Shown here: piece by piece, positions 28,178 through 40,339 of the stretch | Layout: each line of letters begins with the position of its first letter | Numbering within the stretch: position 1 is the first letter of the stretch | Assembly (NCBI GenBank): GCA_951406725.2 | Contig: OX597825.1 | Span: forward strand, 82,832,001 to 82,896,000 | DNA: 64,000 bases | Source: Octopus vulgaris | Taxonomy: Eukaryota | Direction of reading: 5' to 3' | Notes under the pieces: model-generated | Database searches by the model: none | What the model was told of the DNA's origin: nothing | The model's input: only the letters and a program-made list of their open reading frames with translations | Program-made: the position numbers and the translations under genes

Positions 28178-28429
28178 TTGGGTTGGTGCATAACTAATGC
28201 GACTTTTTTTTCAACAAATTTCATTCAACAAAACAATAACAATATTTAACAAAAAACATATTTAAATGAGGGTCTGACCGTCTGCCAAGCAAATGGGAAG
28301 CAATAATTGAAGTAGATGGTGAATATGCTCCGGAATAAACATTCGAAGATGCTTCTGTTTTATGTTGTTAATATTTTTGTTAATATAATTATAAGAAAAA
28401 AATACCGCAGTAATTATGCACCAACTCAA
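28178..28429 (+). mobile_element. Internally deleted mariner (MITE)
   Basis: TA|TTGGGTTGGTGCATAACTAATGCG ... CGCAGTAATTATGCACCAACTCAA|TA. It retains the transposase C-terminus DRLPSKWEAIIEVDGEYAPE*. Confidence 0.85.
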
Positions 28430-29040
28430 TACACACGTAACATACTCTTAGTTGTTTTCTGAACACATACGTGACCATTTTATTGCGTATTTTTATTAAC
28501 ACAGATATGAATATGCTATTGTAAACAAACCTATGAATCCGTTCGTCCACATAAACTCATAAACCTCTGAGTATCAACAGTTCAATTTCTCAGATTTCAA
28601 CAAATTTATCAACATGTACATGTGATGCGTACACCTGTAGAATGTGAGTGATAGTAATGTGTTGAAAGACGGCGCTTCAGATATGCATATGTGTATGGAT
28701 GCTTGTATGTGTGTGTGAGTGCGTGTGTGTTGTGTGTGAGTGCGTGTGTGTTGTTTGTGTGCATGTATGTATGTGGCGTGTGATGTGTTTTGTATTGATT
28801 TAGATATAATTATATGGATATGAGATTATATATATTTCTTGTGTTGCCTTTGTTATATATTTATACATGCCTTCATGTGTATACAAGTTTATATGAATAT
28901 ACGTTTTTTTTTTTTAAACAGAACGTTCTTTAGTTTATTTTTAAAGTTCACAGTTTCTTTATAGAATTGTCAATGGCTCTTATTTAATATCCATGTGGCA
29001 TGTGAGAGAAAAACAACATTTCTTCTTCAGGTAATGCTGA

Positions 29041-30273
29041 TCATTTTTTACAGTTTATAAATATTTCTTTCAATTGATTTTTAAAATTTCTGTTCATAAA
29101 GGCATAAACTACTGGGTTGGCAATATTATAAGAAAAATACATATAAAATACGATAATGTTCATCTGTATATAGCGATGGGCCATCAGCCAAGAGGGCAGA
29201 AAAGCCAACACAAAAACTAATGTAACAACAAACAACATGGCAGCTGTCTTAAGGTTTGCTATGCGGACCTTTTCAAGCTTTGCCCGAGTTCCGTGTTTCA
29301 GTATGGCGTCCTTCTCGGCTTTAACGCCGTGTTTAATCGGTTTATCATTTGAATCGGTGTTGACAGTTGTAATTTCTGTCTCTTCCGCACTGGGTTGTGA
29401 GTCGTCACTCCAAAATAGACAGCACTTGTTCGTGACAATTTTCAGTCTTTGTTTTCGTCTTGATAGTACACTGCGATAAATTAACGCATACAAAAATGCG
29501 ACAATTACGAGCGATATGAGAAAAAGTGAGGAATAAATCGTTTGGTAAACGGTGAACACTTTCCGTGGCAAAATAAGGAAACTAATGTCACACATTCCTG
29601 TGTAACATATAGTACGGTTGGCATTGTTATTTTCGAGTGATGCTGAGGATGCGCCAGCTCCATCTACGTAAGCAGCATATGTGTCCGTCTCGTATGTGTA
29701 GTTAGAAAATATACCCGTAACTGGCGTTGAATTCATTAGATGAGTACCATTCTCAATAATTACATCTATATCTTTGAACTTGTACACGCTATATGCAAGT
29801 GACCCGATGATGCCCAGTGTCACAGCGACTGCACCAAGTAGTGCAACGAGAATTTGTGCGCGCCTTGTGGTCATAGCTCGCACAAATGGATGACATATGC
29901 AAAGATATCGGTCAGATGCAATGGCCACCATTACTAACGCAGAAAATGGCACCGTCGTCGTTTGTAAAAAGTGATACATTTTGCAAACAGCATCGTTCTG
30001 CACGTAATACAACACGTATTCTATAGCCACTGTTGATGGTATTGTTAAAAGACACGTGATGAAATCCATTCCAGCCAAAGCTAAAATAAAGATTGTCGAG
30101 GTCAGCTTCTGTTTTGTGTTGGAAAAAACGTAGAGTACGAGTGCATTGCCGATGGTACCACTGATGGAGAATATTATGAGGATGACCATCACGAAATACA
30201 TATTGTCATCCCATACCACACCGTGGTCCGCTGCCGTTGAATTTTCTGATCCTGGGTTGCATGGCTCATACAT
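29041..30273 (-). CDS. Class A (rhodopsin-like) GPCR, probable peptide receptor of the molluscan CCK/orexin-receptor-like type, single coding exon, about 410 aa
   Basis: Intact ORF with seven hydrophobic segments: TM1 GN, TM2 LAGMD, TM3 C..DRY(LCICHP), ECL2 Cys, TM6 FLP, TM7 NPVVY and helix 8 FKNQL. The start is placed at ATG 30273 (MYEP) because the upstream in-frame 19 codons span a polypyrimidine tract and acceptor AG. The subfamily call is from recall only. Confidence 0.92.
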   Translation of the reverse strand: MYEPCNPGSENSTAADHGVVWDDNMYFVMVILIIFSISGTIGNALVLYVFSNTKQKLTSTIFILALAGMDFITCLLTIPSTVAIEYVLYYVQNDAVCKMYHFLQTTTVPFSALVMVAIASDRYLCICHPFVRAMTTRRAQILVALLGAVAVTLGIIGSLAYSVYKFKDIDVIIENGTHLMNSTPVTGIFSNYTYETDTYAAYVDGAGASSASLENNNANRTICYTGMCDISFLILPRKVFTVYQTIYSSLFLISLVIVAFLYALIYRSVLSRRKQRLKIVTNKCCLFWSDDSQPSAEETEITTVNTDSNDKPIKHGVKAEKDAILKHGTRAKLEKVRIANLKTAAMLFVVTLVFVLAFLPSWLMAHRYIQMNIIVFYMYFSYNIANPVVYAFMNRNFKNQLKEIFINCKK

Positions 30274-30291
30274 CGTTCTCAGTTGGTCTGT

Positions 30292-30345
30292 CTGCAATAT
30301 AGAAAGGTGAAAGGTGAAAAACGTCATCAAAACAGAATGAAAAAA
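30292..30345 (-). promoter_or_regulatory. Splice acceptor and polypyrimidine tract for the GPCR coding exon
   Basis: Minus strand ttttttcattctgttttgatgacgtttttcacctttcacctttctatattgCAG|acagaccaactgagaacgATG. The exon starts at 30291, which implies an upstream exon. Confidence 0.7.
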
Positions 30346-30386
30346 ATTTCGCTATGTGTATGCATATATGTAAGTATATATATATG

Positions 30387-30447
<61 letters not shown>

Positions 30448-30512
30448 GTATACACACACACACTCACGCACACATATATATATATATATATATATATACA
30501 CAATCACACAGG

Positions 30513-30543
<31 letters not shown>

Positions 30544-30640
30544 ATACATACATACGCATATATATAAATATATATACATATATATATATATCTGTGTGTG
30601 TTTGTATATACGTAAATATGTATATAAATATCTGATTGTA

Positions 30641-30671
<31 letters not shown>

Positions 30672-31384
30672 TTAACGAAAAGATTACAATATATGTTAGT
30701 TATACGTGATTATATATATATAATATTGAATATACAATGGTAATATATATTAATGTGAATTCATATGAGTGAATATATCCAAATATGCTTTAGCGGGATT
30801 TAGAATTTGGGCGGCGGTCATATTTGGACGTTGAAATAAAGGGCTTATACCAAATATATTAATCCAAATTCGTAAGCTTTTTAATGAAAATATTCATGGA
30901 ATGGGCCTGAAGATTTTGACATTAGGAGAGGCACCGTTCTTGTTTATCAGTAAATAAAACACACACACCAATTCGAGTGCGCGTAAACAAATAATATGGA
31001 AAAATTCATAAATAGTTACCAAGGTAGCAAAAAATTAACGCCTTTAAGCTTGATTCCCTTTCATGTATCACACTACATTTCTTCACACATTTTTCCCGCT
31101 AATTTCTTTCTTTCTCATCGTTTTCTATCAACGGTTATTTGAAAAATAACTTGCCAGCGTTTCCTTCATTATATACGCAGTCATCAAATTCGGTTAAAAT
31201 GGCTTATTTATGTGTTTCTTTTTTCCCCCTATTGAGAAGATCACATTGTTTTACACCATTTTAATCTCTCTGGAATAATACCAATGTTTTCTTCGTAACA
31301 TGTGTCGGAAGTATAAGATTTGAATAACACCTGTGTTTAACTACATTTATTTATATATATATATATACATATATTTTTTTTTCT

Positions 31385-31535
31385 CTCTTTTCTCTTTTAC
31401 GTTTCCATCATTTGACCGCGTCCATGGTGGAGCACCGCTTTTAGTCAAGCAAATCGACCCCGGGACTTATACTTTGGAAGCCAAGTACTTTTTCGTTCGG
31501 TCTCTTTTGCCTAACCGATATGTTAAGTGGACGTA
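31385..31535 (-). mobile_element. SINE-B 3' fragment
   Basis: tttgaccgcgtccatggtggagcaccgcttttagtcaagcaaatcgaccccgggacttat. Confidence 0.75.
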
Positions 31536-31730
31536 TGACAAAAGATTTCATGGTAATAAAATAATAAAACGATAATTAAAAAAAGGGAGGAACGAATATA
31601 TAGTGCGCGCGTTTACTGGTCAAGAAAGGAAATTGACCATCCTGAAATATAATAATATCTGTTTTAACACACGATTCCACATCAGGAATCTTACAAAACA
31701 AATACACACGCATATATATGTACATGTTTG

Positions 31731-31765
<35 letters not shown>

Positions 31766-31863
31766 AAATAGATAGATAGATAGATATATATGTGTATGTG
31801 TGTTCTTACATACATAAATGTTTATATATATATATACACCCATATATATATATACAAATATGT

Positions 31864-31919
<56 letters not shown>

Positions 31920-32183
31920 ATGTGTATGTGCGTGTGTGCGCGTGTGTGTTGAATTCTCTGACGTTCTTTCCAAACGGTGACGCATCTCTGTCATACCAGC
32001 TGTCAATATATTTCAGCATTAAATTCTAAACCAGTAACAATTTTCATACCATCTCTTTTAATACTCAGAATCTTTTTTTCCGTATCATTTCATACCTTGT
32101 CATTTAAGAGATATCAGTTTCTGACAACGTTATTGAGGTAAGGCGTTGTCCACGCGTGCATACATAATACATACATACATACA

Positions 32184-32217
<34 letters not shown>

Positions 32218-32312
32218 CATACATGCATACATACATACATCAAAACTAAACACACAAATCTGCACGTGAGCATACGTGTATGCATGCATATATATATACA
32301 TATATATATATG

Positions 32313-32394
<82 letters not shown>

Positions 32395-32398
<4 letters not shown>

Positions 32399-32840
32399 CA
32401 AAAATACTCTGTCTTTGATCTAGGAGCCTTGGATCTAGATTAGAAACCGATTATTTCTCTATTGGCTAGAAATCTTGAAATAAGCTGAATAATGACATAC
32501 ATACATGCACATCTACATACATACATATTACATATGCATAAAACCCCCGCACGCATGGTTTGCCGACACGCTTAGCCAGCGGGGTTGTGTCATTGTGACG
32601 AGCGATATTTCACGACATCTGATAGCCCGGTCGGGAACGTGATCACGTGTGATATATACTCATATATAAGTGTATGCGGTAGGGGTGAATACATACATAA
32701 GTAACAGTATCCACACAGTTTCACCTTATCAAATGAACCCACAAGTCAATAAACAATAGAGAAATATCCGGTTCCAAACCTAGATCCAAGGCTCCTTCTT
32801 TGGATTTTCAACATCAAAGACAGAGTATTTTTGTCTTTAT
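32395..32840. repeat. Two family-F copies in inverted orientation enclosing SINE debris
   Basis: agacaaaaatactctgtctttgat..ggagccttggatctag (32396-32440) versus ctagatccaaggctcc..atcaaagacagagtatttttgtct (32781-32836). Confidence 0.7.
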
Positions 32841-32859
32841 ATATATATATATATATATA

Positions 32860-33023
32860 TAAACACATAAATGTGAAACAAGGTGGAAAAAAGGGTTCTC
32901 AAATACCAGAGGTTAAGTAATATGCTTTATTTAAAAGCAGCTGAAATTTAACAAAAGCTGTTACTCAGGAACGTGAAACTCCGAGTATCAGCTTTTGTTA
33001 AATTTTTGCTACTATTAAATAAA

Positions 33024-33027
<4 letters not shown>
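32860..33027. repeat. Fold-back element with an imperfect inverted repeat of about 46 bp, between (TA)n tracts
   Basis: tatgctttatttaaaagcagc..aaatttaacaaaagctgttactc pairs with gagtatcagcttttgttaaattt..gctactattaaataaagtata. The loop contains cgtgaaac. Confidence 0.75.
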
Positions 33028-33094
<67 letters not shown>

Positions 33095-33654
33095 TATACA
33101 TATACACACATATATATATATATGTTTGTATGTACGTTTTAGTAAATATTACATAGTTAAGAGACTGTGCATTGTGAAGTCACGTGGTTACGAAGTGGAC
33201 TTCTTCACTTTAAAGCCATACATGCGTATTTGCTCATAATGCCGCTCCGTGCTAAGACTGAAAACTTGCATGAGTCATGTGTGTCCATTCCACATGTCAA
33301 ATGTGCAATGAGCATTGCAGAACTAAGCTAAGTACATCATGTGTGTATATACATGATTAGAAACAGCCTATTAAAAGGAAATTAATCTTTGAAAACTTCT
33401 CTCCAGCCAAACCACAACGAGGAGACTGTAATGAAATGGCGGAAACATATTTGACGTTGATGAATTTTTCTTTTTTTTTTTTACGTTCAGACATAACAAT
33501 ATATGGAAGAAAAAAAATAAATAAAAAAATAATAATAACATGGAAGAGAAATAATAATTAGATGCCTGGAATATAACAGAATATATCAACAGTACTTTTG
33601 TTGTCGATTTAATTGTCATCCATATTGTCCTTTCATCATTGCCAGTCGTACATT

Positions 33655-34392
<738 letters not shown>

Positions 34393-34653
34393 TGTCCTTC
34401 TGCGAAAGATAATCAATATTACGTTCTATCTTGAAGATGTCTCCTCTTTCGTATCTAATAACAGCAGTAACTACTGCATTCCACTCTTTTGTTTGTGGAT
34501 CTGCGAGTAAGGTTCTAGCAATAGCAATTCAACTGAGAAATGGGTTCTGGAGACTAAGTTCTCTTAGAACAAACAAAATGAACAACCTATCATTAAGCGC
34601 TCCGTGGTTCCACGAATTTACTGCACTTCTATGATCTGTAGAACTATGGATGA

Positions 34654-34710
<57 letters not shown>

Positions 34711-34752
<42 letters not shown>

Positions 34753-35128
34753 AGCTGAAGTTGTCTGTATATGGCAGGTTTGGTAGCCATCAACTAACAC
34801 TATCTCCTCCGCGACCCTGTGGCGCAAGTTGACCAAAGTTAAGAGTATGATAGAAGAAGGTTCGTTCTTCCATCCGTAGAAGAAAAAAAATCAAATCGGA
34901 CCGTGTTAATACCAAACATTATTTACTTCAAAAAGGTGCTTTTTTTCTATAAAAATCCCTACTTTTAAAGAATTTTTTTACTGCTGTGTCACCATTTTTC
35001 AGTGTATTTCAACCAGAAAAATGTTCACTTAAAGAGAATAACAAGCTACATAATGCAAAATGTTTGCTTTTCAAAAATTCCAATTCTAAAAGGTCGAAAC
35101 AAACCCGAGCAACGCCGGGTGATACTGC
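34711..35128 (+). mobile_element. Non-autonomous Helitron (same family as 61838-62202)
   Basis: TC(TA)n..taagctgaagttgtctgt.. start, and 3' hairpin cccgagcaacgccggg-tgatactgc. The body is colinear with the 61.8-kb copy, and the terminal TAG is replaced by a SINE-A tail. Confidence 0.8.
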
Positions 35129-35221
35129 GTTTAGCCCCTTGTGGGTAGTAAAGAAATACATAATCTAAACACAATCAGCATCCGTCCATTAGCTTTTCGT
35201 ATCGTCTTCGTTAATATTTAA

Positions 35222-35537
35222 AGGCGCATGGCTCAGTGCTTTCGGTGTTCGACTCACGATCATGAGGTTATGAGTTCGATACCTGGCAGTGCTTTGTGTC
35301 TTTCAGCAAGTCACTTCACTCCACGATGCTCCAGCCCCACACTGATGACAAAAATGAGTAGTATCTCAAAGGGCCAGCCTCGTCGTATTCTTTGACCCGC
35401 TCAATTTCCCTGGGAACTACATTAAGGCTATGCGTCTCTGTGGAGGGCTCGGCTATTTGCATGTTAATTTTACAAGCAGGCTTTTCAGTTGATTTGATAA
35501 ACTAAAACACTCATCGTCGTAGCCGACGAAGTGCCAG
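35222..35537 (+). mobile_element. tRNA-derived SINE family D, near full length
   Basis: Head ggcgcatggctcagtg...gagttcgatacc (A/B boxes), then body tgtgtctttcagcaagtcactt...aaaaatgagtag. Confidence 0.7.
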
Positions 35538-36356
35538 TTATAATCTTCATCAATACAATTTCGCTCTCTTTGTATCATATGATTCACAGTCACGTGTGTA
35601 GACATTTAGCCACTTTGCCACATGAAGGAATTGAACTCGAAATCTCCGAGATTGCAAACAATATTTCTTAACCGTAATGCCAACACCTAATCAAAACAGA
35701 AGAAATATTCAGAATTCAGCAAAACGTGTATAAAAGTACTTTGTGCTGTTGACGTATTGATTTATAATGAAGTATGAACGTTTCATGTTGTGATATATAT
35801 TTATCAATTATGAATATATATGTTTTCACAGCATGTCTTGAAGCAAATGTCAAAGCGGATTATATATTCGTTATAAAAAGAGAGAGAAAAAAAAAACATA
35901 TATTAAGAGAAAATATGGCATAATCTCATGTTATAGAGTCAACAATCTAATAAACTAGTGCATCTTATTAAATATATATGAACATCAGTTGCTTTATAGA
36001 AAGAAGGCTGGTTGTTGTTGTTGTTGCTATTATTAATCTCAGATCAACTGTTAGACATATTATTAATATTTCCTGCCTATATCAAAGCTGTCCATTTTTT
36101 AACGAAATCTTGCGGATTCTTTCTATTATTTCTCAAATAATCCAACTACAAAGAGAACCCGGTAACGAGAACAGCAGAAACTGACTCATTGTCTGGAGAG
36201 TTTCATAGTCACAAGTAGGAATGGTGGCTTTTGACTAAGACCACATTTCGTTTTGGCGCCTCCCGAGACGCCGATTCCATACTGTATTTGAATAAGTTAT
36301 TTCCGCCTTCCCCATCCAGACTCTGGGCTCTTTAACAAATTTTCTTGTATTTCAGT

Positions 36357-36620
36357 TTATTATTGTTATTATCTTATGTTTGACTTTTGCTTTACATTTG
36401 TACAAGTTGAATCCACGTCTCACCCCAAGCCCTCAAGGGGCCACAAGTTAGAAGTTCCTGTTGGTGATATGCCTAGGGTGCCATATATTAGGTCTGCTAC
36501 ATAGTGTAGTTCTAGAGAATGTTTAAGAAACCATAAGAAAATTATGTGTTTGTTTTAAACTTTGACATTACATAGACAGTATTTTACGTAGGATATGGGC
36601 AGTTCTCATGAGCATTATTC
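36357..36620 (-). mobile_element. R4/Dong-like non-LTR retrotransposon 3' end
   Basis: Minus strand IMLMRTAHILRKILSM* (compare QKxxLxGTAHILRKxL), followed by an approximately 200-bp 3' UTR that ends in degenerate (TAA)n. Confidence 0.75.
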
Positions 36621-36869
36621 AAAGTAAAATACTGTAGGGTGGTTACGATCCATTTTATTGAACCTCACGTGCCCGTGCTTATAGTGTGTGAATGTGTGCA
36701 CGTGCTTATGTCTAGGAGTGTGTGTTTATGTGCGTGCGTGTGTGTTTGTGTGAATGTGTGTGTATTACTGTCATTGTATCAACCAAGCTACCGCTGGTCA
36801 CAATGCGCTTCCTTGTATTGCTGCACATTTCGTACAGCCACTCCTGTGCCTACCTATATATATATTTTA

Positions 36870-37160
36870 AAAGTTCTTGTTGCGTCTTGCAACATTTTCA
36901 ACTATTAAAAAAGTGGTAAGACGCAACGTAAATTCTAGAAAAATAAATAAGTAAATGAGTAGAAATTTTACCGATGAGTGTGTTAAATTACAAGGCACTA
37001 AAACAGAATTATTCTCCCCAGACATAGATATAACAAAATATGCTTCAACACGCGAACTCACACAAAGAATCTTGCAAAACAAATCCGAAAACGAAGGAAA
37101 GAAGTGTTTTCTGGGATCGTTGACTTGATGACAAATCATCAATGCCAAACGTTTTGCCAA
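36870..37160. repeat. Dispersed repeat shared with 46715-46855, with a short hairpin at its left end
   Basis: gaaattttaccgatgagtgtgttaaattacaaggcac...aatatgcttcaacacgcgaactcacacaaagaatcttgcaaa occurs in both places. gttgcgtctt/aagacgcaac form an inverted repeat. Confidence 0.7.
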
Positions 37161-37833
37161 TTACAACATATTGTTGCCTTTAGACTTTAAATGACAGACA
37201 GGGTTATATAACGCATATATATGAGTGTGGGTGTATATTGGTATTTGTCGTGTATTGATTGTTGAAGAGTTAATTTTTCCAGTAATTTTAGTAACACAAA
37301 TAAAAACATCATTAATAATAAATAGCAAGTGATTGCTTAACCTCGTTTATCTGGAAAAATAAGTATTTAATAAAAAAACACTTTTTTTACACGTTTCGTT
37401 TGGTTAAAATATTTTTATAAAAATTATTTTGATTTCCTTCCCGCAATTTTCATAATGTTTTGGGCTTTTATAGACCGGAAAGCTCTCTAATCTGTTGCTT
37501 CCTCATATTTCTTGGTATTTTCTCAGTGAGATCTTAGGTAATCCTATTGCTAAGCAGTCGAACAGTTAAGCAAAATCCCTGTCAGGCTCTCAAAGACGTA
37601 AAACTAATTTATTGATAAAATGTTTGACCATTCCAGAAAACACCAGTTTATTTAATCCTTGTTTTCATTAAAAACTCCTCCAAAAATATCTGATATATGC
37701 TTTCTAACAAATTCCCCACACCCATATCTACGCACATATCGATTAAAAAGGAAAAGAACATCTCAAATGACGACTCCTGAACACGGTCTTTCTTACACCG
37801 GTAACGAACGATTTCAAATCCCTCTCTCCCTAT

Positions 37834-37930
<97 letters not shown>

Positions 37931-38934
37931 AGTGTATATTTGTTTGCCTGTTTGTCAGTTGAAATATAAACTCCGTATGGAATAGTTCTAGGATAACTGT
38001 TTCAGTTTCACATTTCCTTCTTTGGGAACTGGCTACCAAATTTAACCTGCTGAATCCCTTGTCACATTCATAGGGTTCAAAGGATATTAGGATGGTGGTT
38101 TCCCACGATGGAAACCCCAGGTGGTCATACAACCTAACGAAGGGACTTGTAGAGTGTTTTTGGACATGTAAGAAATTGATGCAAAAAAGGGCGCACCATC
38201 CTTCAGTTAAAGAAGGACAGAATAGCTATTGTATTTGTGGGACCAGCAAGAATGGAAACTGTTTCGTCAACTGAACAGCAACAACAGTAACAATAATAAC
38301 AAGCACAAGAAATACTAGAAAAACGGCCTCATAAATTGATATCGCATTGTTATTGTAATCACAAATCCATTGGATTATCTTCCAATGCTAAAAGCTTCTG
38401 TCTTAATACCAACTGGAATCCACCATTGTTAAACTTTGGTATAGCTTTACATGTAAATCGGAAGACACTGCTCTATCTGAATTTCCAATGCTGATTATTA
38501 TATCTCTCGCAGAGGAAGTGATTTCGGTAAGATTATAGATAGCTGTGTGCATACATGTTAGTAGCGATGTTAAACGATGGCGTCGTTTAGTGTTGATGGC
38601 AGTCTGGTTGAATAGGCCTACGATTAGAGGCATTTCAGCCTTGATCATCACGCCACTTCATTAAGTGCTTCTTTTCTCTGATAATATGCAATAAGTCCAT
38701 GAGTTCAGTTTCGTTTAAGATTATGTATCGGTGTGATTTGAGAGAGATGTGTGTTTTGTTCTCATATGGTCACCTCGTTGGGGAGGGACTGATTGAGGAC
38801 GAAAGGTTAAGAAGGGGAAGAGAAAGAGAGCCACTATTCAGCTGCAAACGAATGTGCTTCACCCTTTCGCTAAATGTTTTATATGCCTACATAGTCACGA
38901 GCACACTTAGACACCCTTTCGATCCTCCTTTCCT

Positions 38935-39115
38935 CTGATCCAGCGACATAACCAACAAATTTCAGATAGAGGGAGAGAAGCTGCTCCAGCTGGAACTGAT
39001 GTTCCGGTGAATAAATCAGGGAAACGTGAAAAGAAGCACCTTTCTTAATGACACAACGACAAATGGAATCGAAACCTTTCGGACTTGAGCTAAACAACCT
39101 CATCACTCGCTTTCA
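38935..39115 (-). mobile_element. Degenerate tRNA-derived SINE segment directly downstream of the 5S copy
   Basis: B-box-like GGTTTCGATTCC, then gtcgttgtgtcattaagaaaggtgcttcttttcacgtt, which resembles the bodies at about 35290 and 56900. Confidence 0.5.
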
Positions 39116-39126
39116 CAAAATGTGAT

Positions 39127-39245
39127 GCTTGCTGTACCGAGATTTTCCAAGTCGGTTACCCATCTTAATACTAACCAAGCTCGACGTTGCTTAAATTCGG
39201 TGATCAGACGGGAAGCGATGCATTGAAAGCGAAGCAGCCGTATAA
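39127..39245 (-). pseudogene. 5S rRNA-derived sequence (pseudogene or SINE3-type head)
   Basis: Minus strand TACGGC...CCCGTCTGATCACCGAATTTAAGCAACGTCGAGCTTGGTTAGTATTAAGATGGGTAACCGACTTGGAAAATCTCGGTACAGCAAGC is full-length but diverged metazoan 5S, with recognisable A box, IE and C box. Confidence 0.85.
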
Positions 39246-40339
39246 CGTTTGAAAGAAATAATATAATGAAATATACAACAGAAAATATTGTAATGAAGAT
39301 AAACATTGAGACAGCACTTACTCACATTCCACTGTTTCTATATCCAATAGAAATACCAATTCTATGGCAACTTGAGGTAGTAGCTGCATGATAAAGGAAG
39401 AGCTCGATTAGCATATGTTTTGAAGTATTTATCAATGCTCTATTATACGTCGGTTTCAGTATAATTTCCGATAAAACAGATGTGTATGAGAAGTGAAGGT
39501 ATTAAACTATATGAGTAACTGGTAAAATTGGACTCATTAATCTTTAGCTTGTAACAGCGAAATAGCAGGCTTGATCTAATAGGTATAACATATTGATAGA
39601 GTCCAAATTAAGTTTGACAGTGGCCAGTAAATAGGTATCTGTATAGCGCAACTGTGATTAAATCATGGAAGCGGAATTTATCAGCCAACAGGTCAAAATT
39701 GAATAAGACAAGAAAGATGTTAGGACACGGTGCTGGATATTTATTATCGAAGTGAAGAAACTGTGGAATGTAGAATATTTTTATATTTCCTATTTCACTT
39801 CAGCTAAATCATGAATAATTTAATTAGGACATGCTAGCTTAGGGTATCATTACGCAAATTGTTTAGTAAGGAACGGTAATAGAATACTGGTGTTGTAGTC
39901 ACATTCTATATATTTCACTCTAGCGAGGCTGTCGTTTGTTATATTTTAACTCTAACTACACTAACTGATTAAATATGGCTTTGACAAAGTTTACAATCAT
40001 ATTAGTTCCAATTACCTTCTCTCACCTTAAATATTTTCATGTAAATAATGACAATATCGACTTCGTGACGAACAAAAGATCTTTCGAAATAGAGTTGAGC
40101 ATCGTTACTTCCTGCGTTTCAATTCTGCCATGACAAGATTGTTTTCCTTCGCCCTCCCGAGCTCAATGAAATAAGTAACATTTGTATACCTGAGGTAGAT
40201 CTGATAGTTTTCACCAAACTTTAAAAATACAAGGTCATATGCTTCTATTAGACATCTCTAATAAAAGAACACAATCAAAATCAGGCGTGGTGTATTTCCT
40301 TAAATATCAGTTTGTGTCAGTCACAGCGACAGAGGGATT

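Noticed and set aside
29237-29479. 80-aa plus-strand ORF
   Set aside because: Antisense shadow of the GPCR CDS.
30274-30330. N-terminal extension MMTFFTFHLSILQTDQLRT of the GPCR ORF
   Set aside because: It begins at a TTG and runs through the polypyrimidine tract and acceptor AG, so it is most likely intron plus 5' UTR. An upstream coding exon cannot be excluded.
35222-35290. Functional tRNA gene (also considered for the other SINE heads)
   Set aside because: A/B boxes are present but there is no intact cloverleaf, and the sequence continues into a SINE body.
39127-39245. Functional 5S rRNA gene
   Set aside because: A single isolated copy with many substitutions in the 5' and 3' helices, and not in a tandem array.
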